From NCBI RefSeq assembly GCF_009914755.1, contig NC_060925.1: a stretch of 64,000 bases of DNA; one strand, 5' to 3'. This DNA comes from the human T2T-CHM13v2.0 reference genome, Homo sapiens. Below the pieces are notes generated by a model. It was not told the origin of the DNA. It did no database searches and worked only from the letters and a program-made list of their open reading frames with translations. The position numbers were made by a program, and so were the translations under genes. Shown in pieces: positions 30,554 through 59,006 of this stretch. How positions within the stretch are numbered: position 1 is the stretch's first letter; every line of letters starts with the position of its first letter.

Positions 30554-32138
30554 AGTGCCCAGAATTGCCATATCATCTGGGAGCCCCAGCACGGCCCCTT
30601 AGTCCCAGCTCTGGTGACATGACCTTGGGTAAATGTGTGCACCGTGCTGTGCCCTAATCTTTTCCTCTAAAATTGCAACATGCCCCTCAGCAAAGGGGGC
30701 CACTCTAGTTATTCTAGGGGAGGAGATGCTGATAACAGCCAAGGCCCCTCTCCTCTCGTGCAGTTACAGGGCAGGCCATTTTGTACACACGCCAAGGTTT
30801 ATATTAGGATGCTTTTGCTTTTCCCCTAAGCAGAGATACCCCCCTATTTTCAGGGCACCCCAGCCTGGTGGCACTTGAATGGAACTTGGGGTGGGAGGTG
30901 CCAGGAGCAGCCCTGCCCTGGGCCTGAGCACTCCGAGTAAACTCTGTGCGCACTGACCAAGGTGGCAGAGCTCAGGGACTTCTGTTTCAAGCCCCTTGGG
31001 AGGGGAGCGTGGCAATCCCAGGGCCAGTTCAGGCCTCCAAGGCAGGGGCTCCTGCCCACAGAGAAGAACAGGCAATCTCCCTGTTAAGGCTCAAGGCAGG
31101 GACACAGTAGCGACCTGTCTGAGGTAGCAGCAGAGGTCTTGGGGCGCAAGCTTGTCTTGGAGTGTCCGGTGACAGATGGGACCCCAGTCTCCATTACCAG
31201 AGTGGGTCGGGGGGAGGAGCCCGGTCTCCATCGCCAGAGGGTGGGTCGGGGGCAGGAGTTCCTGCAGGGCTTTGGCTCATGTATTCAGAGACGCGCTGGA
31301 CCGGGCTCAGGTGCTGTGGCCAGAATCCAGCTTGCTGTCTCCCTGTCTGTCCTCAGTCCGCTTCTCTGCCACACACCTCATCCCTGTGTCCTGCAGCCCA
31401 TGCCCAGCAGGAAGACGGCCTCTCCCAGCATCCATAGAATGGATTCTAGAAGGACCCTGGTTGGCATGCTGGGTCCTTGTGACCACCCTTATCCAGCCTA
31501 TCCCCTGGCCTGGTGAGGGGAGGGTTATCTGCATGCTGCAACAGACCCTTCAGAGCCCACAGGTGGCAACAGGACATGAGGCAGTCCCTGGGTCCCACAT
31601 TCAGCTCTCAGCCAGCCACTTGGAATTGGGGCCCCTGCCCTTGGGGTGCGTGCGCCTGATTTAGGAAAAGGCAGCGTGGTTGGTGATCCCTGGGATCGAG
31701 AGAACAGGCAGTTGGGGTCTGCAATTAGTGGAGAAAGTGGGACTAGATGGCTGGAAAAGCAGGCCCTTCTGTGGGAAGAAGGGCATGGAACGAGGAGTGG
31801 ACAATATGCCCAGTGCCGACTCTTCTCACCACCTGCTGTGAGCCTCAAGTTTCTTCCTGACCTCGTGATCTGATCTGCCTACCTCAGCCTCCCAAAGTGC
31901 TGGGATTACAGGCATGAGCCACTGCGCCCAGCCCAAGCCTCAGTTTCTTTATCTGCAAAAAGGGAACGTGCCCAGCAGCCCTCAGACAGCAGTCCGAGGA
32001 ATCCGTGAGCACCTGTGTTTCCATGAAAGCACATTTGTAAAGAGCAAAGGCTGGATTGGGATTTCGGCAGAGCATTTGTGGGGGCCTCTGCACGTCATCC
32101 ACAGGCCTGACGTGTCGCCCGCTTCTCTCTGTCTCCAG

Positions 32139-32210
32139 ACTCCGGCTATCTGTTCAGCGGTAGCCGCCCACCATCTCAGGTGTCTCGATCTGGGGAGTTT
32201 CCTGTTTCAG
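32139..32210 (+). CDS. TMEM201: TMEM201 exon 8 (DSGYLFSGSRPPSQVSRSGEFPVS)
   Basis: ctccag| and CAG|gtgagg; 72 nt. Confidence 0.92.
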
Positions 32211-32804
32211 GTGAGGAAGACAGAGAGCTAAGTGGGGGACGGGGCAACATGAAGCCCGGGCGTTCCAGAGCATGGTGGTTTGTGTGAGCTTTGGGGTCAG
32301 ACAGACCCCAAGTGTGTGTTCACATCTCAGCCCTGGGCAAGTGACCTACACACCTGTGCCTCAGTTTCCTCTTGCGTGAAATGGGAATGACAGTCTCTAG
32401 GATCAGATGGTACCATGCTGCTCTGCCGTCCTCAGTGGCAGTCACGGCTGGAACTGGTGCACCAGGTGCCAGCTGGCAGCAAGGCCTCGGGTGAGCTGGC
32501 CTTGTACCTCCAGGGTTTGCTGCTATCTGGCCTTGCTCTCAGCTGATGGTACCCAGGGCTTTGGATGGAAATCAAGGGCAGAAGGCCATGGCTGAGGCTC
32601 CGGGATCTCTCCTCTCCCTCAGGTGCCTGGTAGAGGGCACCTCTCCTCCTTCAGCTTTGCAGCAGGACTTCCCCCTGTCCCCAGTCTCTGCACCTTTCCT
32701 GTCTTCCCGGGTTAATAGAAGAAAGCCCCCAGAAATGAAATAGCGCATTGTAGCGTTGCAGTGACAGGAGCCCACGTTCACATCATCTTCCTCCCTCCCT
32801 CCAG

Positions 32805-33104
32805 ATTACTTCTCTCTTCTGTCGGGGAGCTGCCCCTCCTCCCCACTCCCTTCCCCAGCGCCTTCCGTGGCCGGCTCGGTGGCCTCCAGCTCCGGCTCTC
32901 TGCGCCACCGCAGGCCCCTCATCAGCCCTGCCCGGCTCAACCTGAAGGGACAGAAGCTGCTGCTGTTCCCGTCACCCCCTGGAGAGGCCCCCACCACGCC
33001 CAGCAGCTCCGATGAGCACTCGCCTCACAACGGCAGCCTCTTCACCATGGAGCCGCCCCATGTTCCCCGGAAGCTGCCCCTGCAGGACGTGAAGCACGCC
33101 CTGG
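32805..33104 (+). CDS. TMEM201: TMEM201 exon 9
   Basis: ctccag| and G|gtacgg; 300 nt; contains HRRPLISPARLNL. Confidence 0.94.
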
Positions 33105-33484
33105 GTACGGCCTTCTGACCACCCCAAGGGGCCGTGGGAGGGCCTCTGCTGCCAAGAGGCCTGGCTGTGCGGCGGTGGGGGGGCTCATCCTTGCTCTGAC
33201 TCCGGTGTGCGCCTTCCCACCCTGGAGCTCTAGGCACCCCATTCCGGCTCTGGTGACTTGAACCCTCTGGGACATTGACCTCTAATGGCTGATTTCAGTT
33301 TCTCCTTTTGCAGTTGACCTTCAGGGTCCTCTGTTTCTTGGAACTGATCGAAAACACATCACGCATTGCCAGGTGCGTGTGGCCACAGATAGTTTCACTC
33401 AAATGGTGCTGTACTGCAAAGCATTTAAAATGTTTATAGTTAGCCCCCAGCCTTTAAAACCTACAACTTTCAACTTTCACATGA

Positions 33485-33853
<369 letters not shown>

Positions 33854-34050
33854 TGAATACTGGCAGACAAGAGGTGGCAGGACAGTTGAGCAAGGACCTG
33901 GCCCCCCACTGTCCAGGGTGGATGAGTGGCTTGGGACAGCCTGGCTCACCACTTCTGACAACTGTCCTTAGAGTGGAAGTACAGCTGCCCCGCGTCTGTC
34001 CCTGGAGGGAGCCATGAGCGCCACTGAGAAACACACCCTTCTCTCTGCAG

Positions 34051-34188
34051 ACCTGAGATCCAAGCTGGAAAGAGGCAGTGCCTGCAGCAACCGCTCCATC
34101 AAGAAAGAGGACGACTCTTCCCAGTCATCTACCTGTGTGGTGGACACCACCACCAGGGGCTGCTCGGAGGAGGCCGCCACCTGGAGAG
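34051..34188 (+). CDS. TMEM201: TMEM201 exon 10
   Basis: ctctgcag| and weak G|gtctgt donor; 138 nt. Confidence 0.93.
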
Positions 34189-34394
34189 GTCTGTACCCTG
34201 AGGTGCGGGAGGGGAGGGGGTGGGCACACATCCGAAGCCACCATCTCCCCCAGGGGGGTCCAGAGCACTGACAGAAAGAATCTTCCAGGACATTGCAGTC
34301 CCTGAGTGGCCGACAAGTAACCCACCCGGCACCTCTGAATCCAGGGTCAGGGACTCAGTAGACGGCACTCCCCCTCTCGGGATTTGGGCCCCGA

Positions 34395-34575
34395 TCTGCA
34401 CTATTCCAGTAGCTTCTGGCCCCAGGCAGCTATTTAAATTAACTGAATTAAAATTAAATAAAGTTTGAAATGTAGTTCTTGAGCTGCACTAGCCACATTT
34501 CAAGTGCTCAGTAGGCACCTGTGGCCCGTGGCTGGCATTTAGGACACATACCGAAGGCTGCCATCCTGGCCGGAA
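34395..34575 (+). mobile_element. MER3 DNA transposon
   Basis: GCTATTTAAATT..AATTAAAATTAAATAAA..CACTAGCCACATTTCAAGTGCTCA. Confidence 0.8.
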
Positions 34576-35283
34576 GTGCCCAGAGAGCCTGGGTGCACCG
34601 GGACCACGTCACGCTGGGGCTGCAGCCTGCACCGGGTGCCGAGCTGCCTGGCTCAGATCCCAGGTTCTCTGCTCACTAACCCTGGGGCTCAGGGGCAAGA
34701 GACCAGATCTGTGGTACACATCATCACTCCCTGGGTGGGGAGGAGGGGGTGTGTGTTGAGGGAGATGGACAGATCAGCAAGCAGGGCTTTTCCTGGGCAG
34801 GTCATTTTGCACTGACTCTCAAAGCCAGTGCTGCCCCAGGCTGGAGGGTGGCCCAGCAGCTTGGAGGCCTTGGTGAGAACGCAGGCTGCGGCATGCAGCA
34901 GGTGGACCTGGGTTGGCTGCTTATTCCCTTGGAGGCCTGGATGGGGTGCTCCTGTTCCCAGCCCCCATGACCTCATCTGTAAAGTGGCCATTGTGGTCAC
35001 TGCCTCATCACCCAGGCCCCAGCTCATGACAGCCCAGCCCATGGCCTTCCTGGCGGCTCAGGGTTAGGAAAAGCTGTGCCTTCAGGGAGGCAGGGAGTGG
35101 GGGTCTTTCCTGCTAGGGAAGCCTTTGGCCAAGAGAAGAATTGGGGGTGAGCCTCACCAGTCTCAGAGAGTACCCTGGGCAGAGCCTTGAGCTCCCCACA
35201 AACTGCATGCTCTAGGGGGCTGCTCAGCTGCACAGCGAACCCACCCACCCAAACAATGTTCTGACCAGGTCTCTGCTTTGCAG

Positions 35284-35381
35284 GTCGTTTCGGCCCTTCC
35301 CTGGTCCGGGGCCTCCTGGCCGTGAGCTTGGCCGCCAACGCCCTGTTCACCTCGGTGTTTCTGTACCAGAGCCTGCGCTGA
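35284..35381 (+). CDS. TMEM201: TMEM201 exon 11 coding part (C-terminal TM, ..LYQSLR*)
   Basis: tttgcag| acceptor; TGA at 35379-35381; total CDS 2001 nt = 666 aa. Confidence 0.96.
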
Positions 35382-38258
35382 CCCACCGTTGGAGCCCCTC
35401 GGAGGGGAGCAACCCGGTGCCTGCTGCTTCACCACTGCCGGCCTCAGGACCCTCCCTGGAGGGGCTGCCACCTCTGCCCTCATCTCCAGGGCCTTGACCT
35501 CACTGGACTGTGACTGTCCTCAGGACACCTGCCCCTCCTCACCTAACGGACTGCAGGGCTGAGCATGTGTCTGAGGTCACACTCTGCCCACTCACCTCCT
35601 TGGCTGACATCGGTTGTGTTTGGTGCTGACACTCTGATCCCGAAGCCAGGGAGCCCCAAGGGGCTGCATGACCCTGGGGTGCCCCACACAGTTCAGCCCT
35701 GCCTGGCAGGGACGCCAGTACTACTGTAACTGCAGCAGGAGCTGCCCGGCCTGCCTTCTGGCCCCACGCCCACAGGCGTAGTCACATCTTTGTACTGTAC
35801 TCCCCTGTCTCACCTGGGGCAACCTCAGAGCCCCACTAAGCTGAAGGCCCCCTGGGGGAGGGGGAAGCATGGTCCTTATCATCTGCCCTATCTTGCCCCT
35901 TCCTGTGGAGTGGGCAGAAGGGCTCCCGGGATCCTCAGAGCTCCCAGGTCTGAGCAGCCAAAGGCCCAGCTGGGCCTCCAGGACCAGCGCGAGCCCCTGC
36001 CCCACCCTCCCCTGCCACATGTGCCCTGCTTTGTGACCTCTGTTGACCTTCCTGGAAGCAGCCCCATTACCCTGAGAATGCGGAGCGCCCTGGCCCACCT
36101 CGCCCTGTGTTTCCAGGCCTGCACGTCTGGTCCTTCAGCTGCACATGGAACTGCAGGGCAGGCTGGCGGGGGGCCTTCAGATCTCAGATGAGACTGCACC
36201 CCTTCGACCACCCTACTGGGCACCTGCCTCCAGCCCCTGAGAACTCCATCTTCCCCTAGTTCTGCCCAGGAGCCCCTGAGAACCCCATCTTCCCCTGGTT
36301 CTCTTGCCCACTCCCCTGCTGGGGCTCCTTCCTGGCACTGAGGAGGGGCGCTCCCAATGCTGTGAGGCAGCGGGGAGGGACCGTGCACCCGTGGCTATCA
36401 GAGCCCCTCCGCTGTCCCACCCTGGGCCTGGGACACGGGCCTGGGGCAGTGTGTGTCTGCTGGTCATGTGCTGGTGCCAGTTGGGGAGGAATCAGCTGTC
36501 TCGGTGGATTCTGAGACTCACTGTGGGGCGGGAAGAAGGGTCTTCACTCTGCCATTCAGGGATAAAGTTTAATTTTATTTTTCTACACATTTTGCCAGGT
36601 CAGGCATTTTGCTAGTAAGCAGGATGCCCCCAACTCTCCCTGCCATGGAGGATTCTTTTTTTTAAGCTTTGGGTGCTTTTTTAATACTTTTTTTTTTAAT
36701 GTGGGGAAGGAGCTTGCTCTGACGTCACCCTCCTCTCCCCTGACTCCTGTCCTGAGAGCTGTGGATGCCGCCTCCTGCCCTGCCTACCCCTGAAACGTGG
36801 GGAATGGGGGCCCCAGGACAGCATCAGGACTTTTGAGTCCAGCTGCCAGCAATGGTTCCAACTCGGAGGCAGCGCCTCTTGGTCCCCATTTCTGTATAGC
36901 AGGCGTGTGTGTGTGTGTCGAGGTTTTTTATTTTTTGCTTAATCAAACTCCATTCCCAAATGCACTCCATCTCTGGCTCTGAGGGCGCTCCCTCCTCTCA
37001 GCCGGGCAGCCTGGCCTCTCCTGCCCAGACCTGCGGTCCCAGCATCCCCCAGAGCCAGGGAACAGGCCCAGCGGGAGGGGGTTTTATGTTTTGTTTCAAA
37101 CAGAAAACACAACCTTATTTTTCTTTACAAAAGCAAAAAAGGAAACCAAAAAAGATACAGCCTTTGAATGATGCCTGCTGGCTGTCTGTATTCGTTTGCT
37201 TGGGCAGCTCGGGCCTTCCAGGTAGGGCAGGGTCCCTGCTAAGGGGGCTCTCATCCACTTTCTCTTTCCTCTTCAACGGGGGGTTCTGGAGTGGGGGGCT
37301 CGGGTTGGGGTGGCCACAGTGTGACCAGACAGTGTCCCTGGAGGGGCTTAGGGATTTGGACAGGAGACTCGCTGCCTGGCTGAGCCTGGGCCGGAAGGAC
37401 ACCCCAGAGTTTGCTGCGCAGAGAAGGGTGTCCAGGCAGGAAATGCTCAGCTCAGCTCTTCAGAAAAGCCTGAGCCCACCAGCCATCCCTGACCGTCCTT
37501 GCCCCTGGCTGCAGGGACCACGGTCAGGTTGTGAAAAAGACCTCGTCTTCCTCAGAGAGGGCTTAGAGCTGCTGCACGGCTCCATGCTGAGGCGGCGGGG
37601 ATGGGGAATGGCCGGGGTGTCACAGCACAAGCTCTGGGGTCACCTTTCTGGTGACTGGGATCTGCATTTCTGTTGGCTTCAGTTTGACACGGGAGTAACA
37701 GGACGGCCATCCGGGGCTGATATGGGGACCCTTAAGCCACAGCACAACGCAGAGGGAGCTCTACCAAGGTGGGCTGTCATTCTGGCCCAGTGCCCAGCGG
37801 GCAGGAGGACCACAGCCAGTGAGCAGGGGGACCGGCTCCCAGGGGCCGGCAGGACCAACCTGAACCAGACCCTGAGGGCAGATGAGGGTGCAGGGCTGGG
37901 ACGGCTTCCCATCAGGAGCTTCCTGCAGCGGGAGCCACAAACGCCTCTGAGCTCACTGACCTCGGGTCCTCAAGATGTTGGGAACATCATGTTTAAACCT
38001 GAGGCTCAGGCTTCCAGCAGCCCATTCAGCTCCTACCCCGGCCTGGCGAGGAGAGGCCAAGTGAGGGCAGCAGAGAGCCAAGCGCCCTCAGCTGTGAGGT
38101 TCTCCCCAACTTGGGAGCAACAGTAGTAACGCCATCTATGGTTTTCTTATCAAAAGGTAACACATTTATGTAGAAAACCTAGAAATAGAAGTGAGCAAAA
38201 AAGAAAATGCCTCATAATCCTGGCATTAAGATATTGGCATCTCTTCTTTGTGGTGGTT

Positions 38259-42547
<4,289 letters not shown>

Positions 42548-42607
42548 CAAGAGTGCAGGGACCGTGACCCCCTCTACCTGGAACATCAAACAGGAGTGCA
42601 GATGTAG

Positions 42608-42827
<220 letters not shown>

Positions 42828-42853
42828 TAGTCAGGCTGGTCTCGAACTCCTGA

Positions 42854-43596
<743 letters not shown>

Positions 43597-43648
43597 CTTG
43601 GGCTAACAGTGTGGATGGGAGGGGAAGACAGGATTAAAGGAACAGTCA

Positions 43649-44869
<1,221 letters not shown>

Positions 44870-45081
44870 TGAGGATGTCCCAGGTGGCAGCTCCTCACCA
44901 GTCTCATGCTGGAAGACACTGGGGAAACTGGATCCATTGATCACTTTGCTTCCTTGGAACTGTTATGGGGAAGGTGCCTGTGCCACCCACACTCCATACT
45001 TAGTCTGTGAGGTTTAAGACTCGGGTAGGGGTCAGGGTATAGATCCTCCCCCACCCCCTCAGTCTGGCGGTGCAGGGATAG

Positions 45082-45415
<334 letters not shown>

Positions 45416-45579
45416 TATATCATAATTTTTTTTAAGCAATGATGGGGTTGCGCCTCCACCCCTTCCAGCAAAATGAAAAGAATAAATAAGAGCCTGTCCG
45501 GACAGCGTGTTAACTTCCAGTCCCTTCTAGATTGGACTCTGGATGCATGTTCATCTTCTCTGATAGATAAACATTCCCA

Positions 45580-46070
<491 letters not shown>

Positions 46071-46188
46071 GCAGCCACCTGCTGTTGGGTATTTAGGCTT
46101 AATTAAAGTTGGCAAGGCATGCTCAGCTAGAGGCTCAGCTGCATGGGAGATGAGTTATAGGAAGTCCTATGTACGTAAGGGAAGCTCA

Positions 46189-46338
<150 letters not shown>

Positions 46339-46346
46339 CTATACTA

Positions 46347-46562
<216 letters not shown>

Positions 46563-46635
46563 TTACTCCCTATACAAATGGCCTGGGTGGGAGACAGCAG
46601 CGAGTCCTGATACAAGAATCCCTCTGGGTTCTTAG

Positions 46636-46872
<237 letters not shown>

Positions 46873-46954
46873 TGATCCACCCACCTCGGCCTCCCAAAGT
46901 GCTGGGATTACAAGTGTGAGCCACCACGCCTGGCTGGGTTCATAGAATTTTGAG

Positions 46955-52410
<5,456 letters not shown>

Positions 52411-52413
52411 AAC

Positions 52414-55760
<3,347 letters not shown>

Positions 55761-55849
55761 TCAGTACCTGCCCCAGGACCCCAGCAGCGCCAGGGTTTAC
55801 GCTCATTTCTCCATCCCTGGAGGAAGCGGGCAGGAGAGAAAGTGAATTC

Positions 55850-56290
55850 CGCTTTCCCAGTCCCGAGAGTGCGGCGGAAACCACGCGGCGCCGCCGGGCG
55901 GGCAGCAGGGGGAGCCGCTGAGCCAGGGGCTGAGGGTTGCAGGCGGCTGTGGCCTTGGCCAGGCATCACCACCAGGTGGCGCCGCGCGCTTCCCTGGCGC
56001 CCAACCCGGAGGCCGCGAGGTCGGGGAGCGGATGCCCGGGGGAGACGCCGGCTGGGCGACCTAAGGCTCCGGGCACCCGGGCTCCGTGGCGGCCTCTTTG
56101 CCTCCTGCAGGGGTGGCGGCAGCACAGAGGTGTGCACCTCCACAGCTGGCTTCACACCCGCGGAGATGGAAACCCGTGCACGAGGCTGAGAGCACGAGCA
56201 TCCAACAGGCTGGGGTTTGAATCCCTGCGCAGCTGCCTGCACGAAGGCGTGGGCCTCGCCTCTCTCCACCTCAGACTTCGCGCCCGTCAG
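55850..56290. promoter_or_regulatory. CpG island with a consensus CTCF motif CCACCAGGTGGCGC (55969-55982)
   Basis: CpG-dense unique sequence; exact match to the CTCF core. Confidence 0.75.
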
Positions 56291-56663
56291 TGGGAGCATG
56301 ACGCTGATCTCACAGGGCGGCTGTAAGGATTAAATTAGGTGACAGTGGTGATGATGATGATGATAACATGTGTACTGAGTTCTCATCCAGGTCTGGCATG
56401 GTTCTGGGCACTTTACAGATATTAACTTATGATTCTAGTTCCCTGTGATGTTGGGGTGGCTGAGGACCAGGGGCTGAGTCTCCTGCACAAAGGGAAGGGC
56501 GGCCAGGCCTCCCTTATCGCGGCCACCTTCCCTGCTGGCCCCGGGTGCTGTTGGTGCTGAGGGATGACTGCTGCCCAAAGGCAGTAGAGAGAGGAGGGGC
56601 CTTCGATGCTAAAGGCCAGGGGGCCTCTTGTTTCTAGTTCCGCAGCCCCGCAGCCCACGGCTA

Positions 56664-57151
<488 letters not shown>

Positions 57152-58559
57152 CTAGAATATACTAGAAGGATAGCTCAAACACTCACATTTTATGGGGGTT
57201 CACTCTGTGTCAGGCACGATTATAAGCATTTTTACGTATATGAATTATTTATTTCCAACAGCAATTCTAAAAGTTGAGCACCGGCCTCCGCTGTGGTCTA
57301 AGCAACGCCAGAGCCTTCTGGGAAAGGCGCCCCTGCCGTGGAGGGAGGATGGGCCAGTGGTGGGTGAGTGGAGGCCACAGCTCAGCTCTGAGGTTTCAGC
57401 CTCAGTGACCGGGCAGACTGCCTTCTTTGCCTTCCTCACACGGAGGTGGCCCAGAGTTGGTGGCCCTGGTGAGATTGGTTGGAGGTGTGTTGAGTTTGAG
57501 GGCTCTGTGGAATGTTGGGGGGATTTCCAGAGGCAGCTGGAGGGGAAGAGCTGGTGGCCAGGGTGGAGGAGTGGGTGGTGAAGGAGGAGTGGGTGGTGAA
57601 GGACAGACGAGCTGCGGTCAAGACTAGGGAGACACTGGGCAGTAAGGGTGATCCCGAGGACTCAGATCCCCCAGGACCCTCGGAAGGAAAAGGTTGGGCG
57701 GTGGGAACTCCATGGGAAGGTCCCCAGAAGCCCCCGTTTGCCGTCTGTGGTCTGCCCTGGGGCAGGCAGGGCGAGGGGGCTTCATGACCCAAGTGAGGGG
57801 CGGGCCTGGGTGGGGAGTATTTTCAGCGGGTTCTCTCCCCACTGTCACCCCAGTGAGGCCACCTGAGGTCACCTCTTCCCCTGGGGGTCTCGGGCCACTG
57901 ACGCCTCTAAGGACTGGGGCTGCTGTGAGTTGCGGCCCCGGGAGGAAAGGGTGAGTCTGAACTCACTTGAAGCTCTGAGTCCTGGGGCTTCAAGGCCACA
58001 CCTACCTGAGTTTGTGTTGGGGGTTGGTGCCCTCCCTCTGCGGTTGTCACTGGGGTGCCTTCCCCCCAGGCTCCTTCTCCTCTTCTCCGAGAAAGAGGCC
58101 GGGGCACCTGTCCTCCCAGCTCACACATTCCAGGAACCCCCAGGGGAGGACGGTCCTCAGCAGCTGACCCTCTCCCCTTTCTTACCACCAGCCGAGAATG
58201 AGGATGTGCTGAGAAGCCAGAAACAGCACTCCCTGCCCCCCCACCCCCGCCCCCACCCACCACGCTCAGAGGCCTAGAACAAAAACATACCACAAATAGA
58301 AATCAAAGCCTGAGAAAGAATCGAGGAGCCACGACCCTGCCGTGGGAAAGGCTGTGTGACCTTGGCCAGGTCACTTCACTTCTCTGAGCGCACTTGCCTG
58401 TCTGTAAAATGGGGTCATGGTCTCAACCTTGGGGAGCTGCTGGGAGAAGGTGAGCTAAGATGTCAGAGGCAGGGTGCAGGTGTGAAGTTCGGTCTAAAAC
58501 AAAGCCCCTCGCCACAGGGTACTCGCCGGACTCCCAGCTCGCCCTAAGGCTCCCCCACC

Positions 58560-58760
58560 CCTGCAGTCGGGCCGGGACCGCCCCTGAGCACTTCCCCGTA
58601 AGGCTGCGGTGCACGGGCTGGGGAGCACTTCTGCACCCTCGCTCTCCACTTCCTGTTTTTCTCCCCAACGAATTTTGCGCCATTACTCTTTCATGGGGTG
58701 AGGGGGGAGTGGGGGCGGAGGCGGAGGCCTGCCTGGGAAGGAAGCCCGGGGGTCAGAGGC
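58560..58760 (+). promoter_or_regulatory. Promoter-like module (ETS CCACTTCCTGT 58646-58656; GC boxes 58578 and 58711), putative upstream PIK3CD promoter
   Basis: Motifs seen directly; gene assignment inferred from the SLC25A33-TMEM201-PIK3CD order. Confidence 0.55.
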
Positions 58761-58919
58761 GCCCAGGACACCACGAGGTTGGGAGAGGAGTGTGCTTTGC
58801 ACTCTGCACTCTCCAGCTCAGAGTAGCTGAGGATGCTAGGGAGACTGGGGGCTGGCCCACGGGGGGAGCAGAGGAGTCCTCAGTGCGGTCCTCACTCTGA
58901 AAACAGCATTTTTCCCTAG

Positions 58920-59006
58920 GCTTGAGAATGCCTCCGGGATTGGACTGATCCAGGCTGGACCCACGTCTGTCTGGTGATACCAGGGGCAGAGGGACCACTC
59001 TGACAG
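58920..59006 (+). other. Putative 87-nt non-coding exon (likely PIK3CD 5'UTR)
   Basis: tttttccctag|G acceptor and perfect CAG|GTGAGT donor. Confidence 0.55.
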
